Source: an uncultured Gemmatimonadales bacterium
GTDB taxonomy: Bacteria > Gemmatimonadota > Gemmatimonadetes > Gemmatimonadales > Gemmatimonadaceae
Direction of reading: 5' to 3'
Length of the DNA stretch: 64,000 nt
Assembly: GCA_963850905.1 (NCBI GenBank)
Contig: CAWKMU010000003.1
Span: forward strand, 768,001 to 832,000
Of this stretch, positions 38,873-46,553 are shown one piece after another (position 1 is the first letter of the stretch; the number at the start of each line of letters is the position of its first letter). A program made the position numbers and the translations under genes. The notes under the pieces were generated by a model, which searched no databases, was not told the DNA's origin, and saw nothing but the letters and a program-made list of their open reading frames with translations.

Positions 38873-40156
38873 ATGGCCGTCGTGACAGTGGATGAGCCAG
38901 GGATAGACGCTCGAATCCGGCAACTCCATGCGGCCGGCGTGTGGTCAGGTCTCACCGCCGGCGTCTGGCTGGGAGCGGCGGAAGCCCCCACCAAACTCGT
39001 GGCCGCGGGCCTGTCGCCCATCCTCGTCTCGCTCTGCATGGTGCTGGGCGTGTTCCTCGGCCGCTGGAGCATCCCCGCACTCGTCCGCGGGATGGGGTAC
39101 GTCCGGGCTGACGTGCAACAGGCGCCGCATCTCATCGTCTGGGGAGTGCTCGGGGGGTGTCTGTGGGCGGTCGCGAACACGCTGACGGTGTTTGCCATTC
39201 GAGACGTGGGCCTCAGCGTCGCGTTCCCGCTGTGGAACATGAACAGCTTGATCGGGCTGCTGTGGGGTGTCGTCTTCTTCAATGAGTTGCGCGGGACGGC
39301 CCATGCACGACGGCTCGCCGTCATTGGCGGCGCGGTCCTGATGTGTGTCGCCGCGGCGGTCGTCGCTGCCGCCTCGACGGGCACGGTCGCCGGCGGTCAC
39401 GCCACGCGCGGTATCATCGCGGCTTTCACTGCCGCCCTGCTGTGGGGCACGATGTACATCCCCTATCGGAAGGCGTACATCACCGGCCTCAGCCCGCTGT
39501 CGTTCTTGACCTTCTTCACTGTGGGCGAGCTCGGGACAATGGCCCTCCTCGCGCACGGCGACTCCGGCGGGTGGGGCAGCCTGCTGCACACACTCGTGCG
39601 GGCACGTCCCGCGCTCCTGTGGTTGCTTCTGGGCGGCTTCGTCTGGGTGATCGGCGACCTATTCCAGCAGTATGCGGCGAAGTACGTCGGCATTAGCCGC
39701 GGCATCCCCCTTTCCAACACGAACCAGCTGTGGGGACTCTTGTGGGGCGTTCTGGTATTCGGTGAACTGCGCGCCGCACCTGTCGGCACCCTGATCCAGG
39801 TCGTGGGCGGTTCGCTCGTCATGGCCCTCGCAGCTGGCATGATCGCCCTGGCGAGCGCCGATCGAGGTGAGCTCCAGGCCTGGCAGGCCGCCGCCACGCG
39901 CGAGACGGCACGCTATGGTGTCGACGAGCGCTATGCCTTGCTTCGCCGTCTCGGACAGCCCGCGTTGGATCAGGTGAAGGACCGCAACTGGATCGATTGG
40001 GTCATCATCTCGGTCGCAACCGCAGCCTTCGTCGCCGCGGCCTTGGGCGCCGCCCGCCCACAGATCCCGTTCAACGCAGGCTGGGGGATGGTGTTGGTAG
40101 GGGTCCTGGTGGCCGCGGCCGTCGTGTCCGCGATTCGGCTCCGGGGCAGAGACTGA
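38873..40156 (+). CDS. GRP family (DMT superfamily) sugar transporter
   Basis: Multiple TMs; VGLSVAFPLWN.NSL.G..WG..FFNE and repeat GISRGIPLSNTNQLWG..WG..FGE. Confidence 0.82.
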   Translation: MAVVTVDEPGIDARIRQLHAAGVWSGLTAGVWLGAAEAPTKLVAAGLSPILVSLCMVLGVFLGRWSIPALVRGMGYVRADVQQAPHLIVWGVLGGCLWAVANTLTVFAIRDVGLSVAFPLWNMNSLIGLLWGVVFFNELRGTAHARRLAVIGGAVLMCVAAAVVAAASTGTVAGGHATRGIIAAFTAALLWGTMYIPYRKAYITGLSPLSFLTFFTVGELGTMALLAHGDSGGWGSLLHTLVRARPALLWLLLGGFVWVIGDLFQQYAAKYVGISRGIPLSNTNQLWGLLWGVLVFGELRAAPVGTLIQVVGGSLVMALAAGMIALASADRGELQAWQAAATRETARYGVDERYALLRRLGQPALDQVKDRNWIDWVIISVATAAFVAAALGAARPQIPFNAGWGMVLVGVLVAAAVVSAIRLRGRD

Positions 40157-40162
40157 AGGGCG

Positions 40163-40357
40163 AACGGCGGGGCAGGGGTCAGGGGCAGGGGTCAGGGGTC
40201 AGGGAACAATCGAAAGGCCGATCGCAGCGCACCGCGACCGGCCTCGGACCGGTAGGGGCGACGCATTGCGTCGCCCGTTGTTGCGTTGGGGTTGTCGTTC
40301 CCTGACCCCTGACCCTTATCCGCCGTTCCCCCGCCCCTGACCCCTAATCCCGCCGTT
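40163..40357 (+). repeat. Complete composite REP element with AACGGCGGG...CCCGCCGTT ends (core 40252-40276)
   Basis: Both terminal inverted motifs and both heptamer arrays visible. Confidence 0.92.
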
Positions 40358-40363
40358 TGCCGT

Positions 40364-40798
40364 TCACGGCAAACTGTCATTCACCGGGATGCTATCGTGC
40401 GGCATGGCCCCGCCGATCGAATCGAAGTGGGCGCGGATGCCACGAATCGTATCGACCGACGAGACGAACCCGGACTTGCCCTGACCAGTCGCCAACACGT
40501 CCAGGTAGTACGTCCCTGGCGCGGTCGCAGGCACCGCCGCGACATAGTCGTTCGAGGTATCGACGCCTTGAGGAAACGACCCGAGGTACCCCGCGGATCC
40601 GCCGGCAACCGCCTGCGCGCTATCGCCGTACGCGAGGATGTACACCGTGATGTTCACGGTGAACTTGGGGGCTCCAATGTGGCCATAGACGACCGCGTAT
40701 GGCGTCTGGCTCTGCGGACCGGACGGCGTCGTAGAGTCCAAGCACGCGACCGTTAGGGCCGCGGCCAGGATGCCAAGAGTTGTACAGAGACGATGCAT
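40364..40798 (-). CDS. Hypothetical lipoprotein
   Basis: MHRLCTTLGILAAALTVAC lipobox; beta-rich mature part. Confidence 0.65.
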   Translation of the reverse strand: MHRLCTTLGILAAALTVACLDSTTPSGPQSQTPYAVVYGHIGAPKFTVNITVYILAYGDSAQAVAGGSAGYLGSFPQGVDTSNDYVAAVPATAPGTYYLDVLATGQGKSGFVSSVDTIRGIRAHFDSIGGAMPHDSIPVNDSLP

Positions 40799-40863
40799 TG
40801 AGCGAAACCAGCGAAGGTACCTCAACAGTAACGCGTGTGCGTTCGTCGGCCAAAGTCCACGGC

Positions 40864-41628
40864 TCATGGGTCGCTCCGCCGTCGCGGCCCTACGGGCTCG
40901 CCCGGCCCCCGGGCGTGAGGCATGGCCGGTGGCGCTTCGGGTGATGCGGCGGCGTGATTGCTCGAAAGGCCTGATGCAGGTGGCACGTTTGGACGATGCC
41001 TCGCGCGCGGGCCGGGTCGGTTGGGACGTTCGAGCGTGGCCGCCGCCACCCGGCGGTGGGGACCCAACAGCGCCTCGAGATCGGCCCGAAGCCAGTCCAG
41101 CAGCTGGCCCTCGCGGTGAATGGCCCAGTTGATGAGCGAACCGCCCGTCATGGCTTGGATGGCACGAGCGAGCTGCCCGACGTCGCTCGGCGCGAGCTCG
41201 CCGATCGAGATCGCCTCTCGCAGGAGGACCTCGTATCCGGCGAGCGAGCGCTGCGCTCCCGAGAGTGCGAGTGTATGGAACGCGGGATCGCTCAAATCGA
41301 TCTGGAGGAAGGCCAGGTGATTGGCGAGGGCTTCGGGAGATTCGACCTGCCGGGCCATGTCCGTCGCCGCCACCAGGAGCGCGTCAAGGGGCGTGCCCGT
41401 TGCGCGGCGGGCCGCGGCGAAGCAGTCGTCGATCGACGTGGCGCCATATTCAGCGAGTGCCAGCAAGAGGCCGCGCTTGGAGCCGAACCGCTGCAACAGC
41501 GTAGCGGGCGACAAGCCCACCTCCCGACCGACCTCTGTCAGCGTCAGTCGTCCGGGCCCGACCCGCGAAATCGCGCGAATCGCCCCTTCGAGGATCTCAG
41601 CGTCGGTAGCGGTGCGAGGCCTTGGCAT
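40864..41628 (-). CDS. TetR/AcrR family transcriptional regulator
   Basis: MPRPR..TLTEVGREVGLSPATLLQRFGSKRGL. Confidence 0.9.
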   Translation of the reverse strand: MPRPRTATDAEILEGAIRAISRVGPGRLTLTEVGREVGLSPATLLQRFGSKRGLLLALAEYGATSIDDCFAAARRATGTPLDALLVAATDMARQVESPEALANHLAFLQIDLSDPAFHTLALSGAQRSLAGYEVLLREAISIGELAPSDVGQLARAIQAMTGGSLINWAIHREGQLLDWLRADLEALLGPHRRVAAATLERPNRPGPRARHRPNVPPASGLSSNHAAASPEAPPAMPHARGPGEPVGPRRRSDP

Positions 41629-41656
41629 GAGCTAAGAGAAGGTAGCTAGTTGCCGT

Positions 41657-41897
41657 CACCGCACGATCCAGCCGTAGACCGGTAGGGGCGACGCCCTGCG
41701 TCGCCGTGCCGCGACCGCACGATCTAGCCATGGACCGGTAGGGGCGACGCCTCGCGTCGCCCTCCGTACACGATCACGACATTCGGGGAAAACCACGATC
41801 CGGCCCTCGGCGGGTAGGGGCGACGCATGCGTCGCCCGTCTTGGGCGTACCGCGATCGTTGAGAGGTTAGACCGGTAGGGCGACCCACCGCGCGCCC
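41657..41897 (+). repeat. Cluster of four REP copies (41682, 41738, 41814, degenerate 41875)
   Basis: First two are tandem 56-bp duplicates; variable palindrome centres. Confidence 0.85.
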
Positions 41898-41901
41898 GTC
41901 C

Positions 41902-41939
41902 AAAAACAAGCGGGGCGCTTCTTGTGGAAGCGCCCCGCT
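41902..41939 (-). terminator. Rho-independent terminator of cold-shock gene
   Basis: 13-bp stem AGCGGGGCGCTTC/GAAGCGCCCCGCT, 5-nt loop, followed by TGTTTTT on minus strand. Confidence 0.85.
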
Positions 41940-41988
41940 CCTGCGTACGACCGTTGTTGTCGTACGTGTGGCTCGCTACGCGAACTGC

Positions 41989-42207
41989 TTAGCGGGCGCC
42001 GCCGGCTTTCGTCACGTTCTCGGCGGCCGGGCCCTTCTGACCCTGCACAATGTCGAACTCCACGACGTCACCCTCGGCCAGGGACTTGAAACCGGACCCC
42101 TGAATCGCGCTGTAATGCACGAAGCAGTCCTTCTGTCCGTTGTCCGGAGTGATGAACCCGAAGCCCTTCGCGTCGTTGAACCACTTCACTTTCCCGGTCG
42201 TGCGCAT
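41989..42207 (-). CDS. Cold-shock protein (CspA family)
   Basis: [36 protein letters not shown]. Confidence 0.97.
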   Translation of the reverse strand: MRTTGKVKWFNDAKGFGFITPDNGQKDCFVHYSAIQGSGFKSLAEGDVVEFDIVQGQKGPAAENVTKAGGAR

Positions 42208-42343
42208 TCCGAACTCCTGCAAATTGAGACCGCGCCAGGTCATCGGGACACCCCGAGCCCAGACAGCCTCTTGACTCGCGGGAACTCTGGGTCTCCCGCC
42301 TTGAACCCCAAGCCTTAGACGGATTCCGGGCTTGTAAGCGGCG

Positions 42344-42372
42344 AATATAGGTGCGCCAAGTCTTGGACGCAA
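42344..42372 (-). promoter_or_regulatory. Sigma70-like promoter of cold-shock gene
   Basis: TTGCGT-17 bp-TATATT on minus strand. Confidence 0.65.
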
Positions 42373-42417
42373 GACTCGGCGAGACGCCGAATGACGGTCA
42401 AAAACTGCCGTCTGCCC

Positions 42418-42858
42418 CTACTCTGCCACACCGACGACAAAGTACTCCGTATCGCCCCAACACGTCGTCGGCACACCGCGGTGTTGCTGGTACGCCAGGG
42501 ACACGCGCTTGCCCATCGACTTCGTGATGACATCGGCAACCGAATCGCTGCGGACCGTAAAGTAGAAGATCTGCGGCATCGACCCCGGAAGGTTGGCCTG
42601 GGCCAGCTCCCCTTCCCACGTCGGGCAGATCCACCCTTTCTTCGCGAGCTTCTGCACGAACCCTGACCGCTCACCTCGTGAGTACACGAAGGACAGCGCG
42701 GACCAGGTGAAGAGCGCAAACACGGCTGCGGGGATGATGACGAGCACGAGCAGGGCGATGAGCCCCCAGTGGCGACGGTGGCGTTTGGGCGGGGCCGGCT
42801 GGGCCGATACATCCGCGGTGTTGATCGCGCGGGGCGGCATGTCGAGTGGGTCGGGCAT
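42418..42858 (-). CDS. Conserved membrane-anchored hypothetical protein
   Basis: One TM then YS.GER.G..QK..KKGW.C.TWEGEL..F.FTV..GK.V.L.Y..H..GDT.YFV; start uncertain. Confidence 0.75.
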   Translation of the reverse strand: MPDPLDMPPRAINTADVSAQPAPPKRHRRHWGLIALLVLVIIPAAVFALFTWSALSFVYSRGERSGFVQKLAKKGWICPTWEGELAQANLPGSMPQIFYFTVRSDSVADVITKSMGKRVSLAYQQHRGVPTTCWGDTEYFVVGVAE

Positions 42859-42997
42859 TGGCGGGAGATCGGGAAGGAGGGAGCGCCGACGCAACTCTCT
42901 GAACAAGCCCTGCGAGAGAGTCCGGTACGAGTGGCCGCCAACTGCAGGCTAGCCAGAATGATGCCAGCCCCTGGGCTGCCGAGCAATACGAGGGGCA

Positions 42998-43195
42998 AGG
43001 GGTCAGGTTTCAGGGGTCAGGTACCAGGGGAGAACCGTAGAGGCCGTGCCTGATATCCGGGCATGGTTGTATTTGATTTGACGGAAAGCGCAACTCCCGC
43101 GAACCCAGCACCGGACTGATGCTCGCTTCATCGCTGCCGATAGCTTTTGGTAGTCGGTGTTCCCTGACCCCTGGCCCCTGACCCCTGACCCCCGC
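42998..43195 (+). repeat. Heptamer-array shell without REP core, directly upstream of ispG
   Basis: GGGGTCA array left, gttccc(TGACCCC)n right, unrelated interior. Confidence 0.65.
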
Positions 43196-43199
43196 TCTT

Positions 43200-44424
43200 T
43201 TGCTCCTCCGCCGCACTACCGTCACCGCCGACGTCGGTGGCGTGCCCATCGGATCCGCGCACCCCATCGTGGTGCAGTCGATGACCAACACCGACACTGC
43301 CGACGCAGCGGGCACGGCAGAGCAGGTGGTGGCGCTGGCACGCGCGGGTTCGCAGCTCGTCCGGATCACGGTCAACAACGACGAGGCAGCGGCGGCGGTG
43401 CCCGAGATCGCGCAGCGCATCGCGGACGCAGGACAGCCGGTGCCGATCGTCGGAGACTTTCACTACAACGGCCACCTGCTACTCGCCAAGTACCCGGAGT
43501 GCGCGCGGGCGCTCGCGAAATACCGCATCAATCCCGGCAATGTCGGTGGGAAACGGCGGGACGAAAACTTTCGCGCCATCATCGAGATGGCGATGGCGAA
43601 CGGCAAGCCGGTCCGCATCGGCGTGAACTGGGGATCGCTCGATCAGGATCTGCTCACCACGCTGATGGACGAGAACGCGCGGCAGGCCGAGCCGCTCGAC
43701 GCGCGCGATGTGTACATCGAGGCCATGCTCCAGAGCGCGCTGCGGTCCGCCACCCTCGCCGAAGAGACAGGCCTCGGCCACGATCGCATCGTGATCTCCG
43801 CCAAGGTCTCGGTCGTTCGCGATCTCGTCGACGTGTACCGCCGCCTCGCCGCCCGGTGCGACTATCCGCTGCACCTCGGGCTGACCGAGGCAGGCCTTGG
43901 CACCAAAGGCGTCGTCGCGAGCACCGCCGGCCTCTCGATTCTGCTCGCCGAAGGCATCGGCGACACGATCCGTGTCTCACTGACACCCAAGCCCGGTGGC
44001 GACCGCACGGAAGAGGTGCTGGTCGCACAGCAAATCCTGCAGTCGCTCGGGACTGCGCAGCTTCGCCCCGCAGGTGACCGCGTGTCCCGGATGCGGGCGG
44101 ACGACGTCGACGTTCTTCCAGCACATGGCGGAAGACATCCAGACCTATCTGCGGGAGCAAATGCCCATCTGGCGAGCGAAATATCCAGGCGTCGCCGACA
44201 TGCGCGTCGCGGTCATGGGCTGCGTCGTCAACGGACCCGGCGAGTCGAAGCACGCGAACATCGGCATCTCGCTCCCCGGCACGTTCGAGGAACCCAAGGC
44301 GCCCGTCTACGTCGACGGCAAGCTCGCGGTCACGCTGCGTGGCGACAGCATCGTCCCCGAGTTTCTCGAGATTCTCGAGGACTACGTCGCCAAGCGGTAC
44401 GGAGCCGCTGAGGTCCAGAGCTAG
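43200..44424 (+). CDS. ispG: 4-hydroxy-3-methylbut-2-en-1-yl diphosphate synthase, +1 frameshift at ~44049-44051 (probably sequencing error)
   Basis: [70 protein letters not shown] in next frame; deleting one G gives 408 codons. Confidence 0.95.
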
Positions 44425-44435
44425 AGCTCAACGGC

Positions 44436-44545
44436 GGAGTCAGGACCCGGGACCAAATCGCCAGCCTGTCGCAAGCTCGCCGTTGACGCCGACATGTAGG
44501 GGCGGGCTTCAGCCCGCCCCTTTGTCGTTGCGGTTGTCGTCCCCT
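44436..44545 (+). repeat. Composite shell carrying second REP type (GTAG GGGCGGGC-TTCA-GCCCGCCC, 44496-44519)
   Basis: Followed by the same ttgtcgttgcggttgtcg flank as the main REP. Confidence 0.75.
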
Positions 44546-44585
44546 ATCGCCTAATCCGCAGTTATGCCCCGCGCTGTTCAGCTCC

Positions 44586-45174
44586 TCACTGCAATGGCGC
44601 AGCCTGGATGACGTTGTAAGTCGCCTTCGCCGGAGTAGTCGCCCCAGCATTGGCGGAGTTCACTTGCTGCGTGGTCACCATGAGCTTCTCATATTTCATC
44701 GTCGCCGTGACGTTGGAGCTCAGCTGCAACTGGGTGACGGCCACGTTCTCCATCACCCACGTCATGATGTTCTGTTGGACCGCTGTCTGGATCGTGAACT
44801 TGGCCATCACGCAGCCGGTCGAATGCACAGCCTTGAAACACCGCGTTTGAAGCAAGTTGATCGTTCGGTGCGAACTGGATCTGCACGGTACCGCCAGTGT
44901 GTTGCACGGCCATACCACTCTGCCCAGTTCCAGCCGACGGATCGGTGAACGTCACGCTCGTCGCATTCCCCAGCGGCACCGCGGTCTGACCGACCCTGGT
45001 GTTCGGCATGAACGACGTGGCATACGCCCCGGTCCCCGCCGTCATCGCAATCGGCAGGGCCACGGGACGCTGAAGAGGTCGGGCGAGAGTGGGCGCCTGC
45101 GCGGCCAGCGTCGCTGCGGTGCCAAGAAGAATGATCCCGGTCATCCATGAGACCGAGAGCGGGCCTGAACGCAT
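44586..45174 (-). CDS. Secreted protein, distant Hcp/tail-tube-like; +1 frameshift at 44836-44838
   Basis: AGGAGG SD; signal peptide ..TLAA-Q; deleting one T joins ..ASNAVF to KAVHSTG..MTWVMENVAVTQLQLS..TMKYEKLMVT..KATYNV (195 aa). Confidence 0.55.
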
Positions 45175-45225
45175 TGTGCCTCCTATCGTAGTGAGTTGAG
45201 CGTGACCCCTTGCCGCTGCCCGGCT

Positions 45226-45287
45226 TGTCACGGGTGCAGAACCGTAACACTGCCAGTTACACGGCATGAGAGGGCGAACAGTCTCAC
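45226..45287 (-). promoter_or_regulatory. Conserved 62-bp upstream block, copy 2
   Basis: + strand TGTCACGGGT-N18-CAGTTACACG-N3-TGAG-N12-CTCAC; same layout at 45908-45969. Confidence 0.75.
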
Positions 45288-45358
45288 ACCGGCAACTTTG
45301 CCAGACGGCTCTCACCGCGCCCGGACCGCGCGGCGAGCGCGGCTCGAGTGCGCCATTC

Positions 45359-45895
45359 TCACGCTGTCGTGCACTGGTAGCCCGTGCTCACGAACGTCGC
45401 GCGAAAGCTGATCGTCGCGTTCCCCGACGAGGCGACTGGGGACCATTGGCTCAGCATCGCGTGATGCAGAAGGCACGTGGCCGACCGTCCGTTGGCAGCG
45501 ACGCTCGTCAACGTCAGTTCCATGGCTCGACCCGTTTGAGTGGCTTGCTGCACTCGTCTGAACGTTCCAGCCGCGGCGCCGGGGACGATCACGCTGAGTT
45601 GGCGGCCGTCGGACTGCGCTGCCATCCGATCGCCAACCGCGGGAGTCGTGCTCGCGCCCCACGACCACGACATCACGTTGACCGCGAGGGGCTGCGCGGC
45701 GCTCGACACATCGCCCCAACTGATGCTCAGCGTGGTGTGGGCCCCTGTCGCCGGGTCCACCATGGGCTGAACTGTGGCCGAGGTCCCTGGCGGCAGGGCC
45801 ATCGGGGCTCGGACCTGAGCCGCCACATCACGTCCCACCGACGGTACAAACACGACAACCAACGCAAGCATGAACAACGGCGGCCGGGCAGACAT
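45359..45895 (-). CDS. Secreted Hcp-like (T6SS tube / phage tail-tube fold) protein
   Basis: AGGAGG SD; signal peptide ..VAA-Q; VNVMSWSWGAS resembles Hcp I.V.SWSWG.S; QQATQTG..LTLT..L.HAMLS..ISF..Y follows Hcp strand order. Confidence 0.6.
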   Translation of the reverse strand: MSARPPLFMLALVVVFVPSVGRDVAAQVRAPMALPPGTSATVQPMVDPATGAHTTLSISWGDVSSAAQPLAVNVMSWSWGASTTPAVGDRMAAQSDGRQLSVIVPGAAAGTFRRVQQATQTGRAMELTLTSVAANGRSATCLLHHAMLSQWSPVASSGNATISFRATFVSTGYQCTTA

Positions 45896-45907
45896 CGGTC
45901 CTCCTGC

Positions 45908-45969
45908 TGTCACGGGTTGAAAGCGGGTGGTCAATCAGTTACACGACCTGAGCGCGCGAAGACTCTCAC
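45908..45969 (-). promoter_or_regulatory. Conserved 62-bp upstream block, copy 1
   Basis: Same motifs and spacings as 45226-45287 (offset 682 bp). Confidence 0.75.
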
Positions 45970-45993
45970 GAACGCCCCGCCGTCTGCCGTCGG

Positions 45994-46434
45994 TTACCTG
46001 GATTCTGGGTCCCGAATCCCGAGGCGCGCCGCTTCTGCTCCTCGCACCAGGTCCAGTACGGCCTGCACGACATCCCCGACGGAAAACGGTCGCCGGATGA
46101 CGCGCGTCCACGACCCCGGCGGATCACCGTGAACCGCGGACGCGAGCAACACGACGGGGACCGCGCCATGGCGGCCGCGCAGCTCCGCGAGCACCGCGCC
46201 GGTCACCGCGTCCGGCGCGCGCTCGATGGCGCTCCAATCCACCACGAGCCCACGCACCGGACCACGACCGGGAGCGTGGGCAGGGTAGGCAAGGGCCCCG
46301 GCGAGGGTCCGGGTGCCAATGGCATCGTAGCCGGCTTCCCGCAACGCAGCCCGCACCAGCGCGCGCGGCCACTGGTCCGGCATGACGATGAGGATCCGCG
46401 GCGCGGAGGGCGGCAGGGCAGGGAGATCGCCCAC
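45994..46434 (-). CDS. Atypical stand-alone response-regulator receiver-like protein
   Basis: RILIVMPD..L.EAGY..LVVD..PVVLL..RRPF; start GTG 46434 uncertain. Confidence 0.6.
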   Translation of the reverse strand: MGDLPALPPSAPRILIVMPDQWPRALVRAALREAGYDAIGTRTLAGALAYPAHAPGRGPVRGLVVDWSAIERAPDAVTGAVLAELRGRHGAVPVVLLASAVHGDPPGSWTRVIRRPFSVGDVVQAVLDLVRGAEAARLGIRDPESR

Positions 46435-46553
46435 GGCAGAGGACGGCGACGGTTGGATGGGCGGCAACCACGTGTGGCAACTGGCACGTTCACCGGTCAC
46501 CGGTACACTTTGTAGCGAGGAACGGGCCTCAGGCTCGCTACTGGAGAGGATCA

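Noticed and set aside
41657..41897. Possible CRISPR array (four spaced palindromic repeats)
   Set aside because: Repeats are the dispersed REP; spacing is irregular (56, 76, 61), the first two units are duplicates of each other, and there are no cas genes.
42418..42858. Enzyme assignment for the membrane-anchored protein
   Set aside because: No nucleotide-binding or catalytic motif visible; left as hypothetical.
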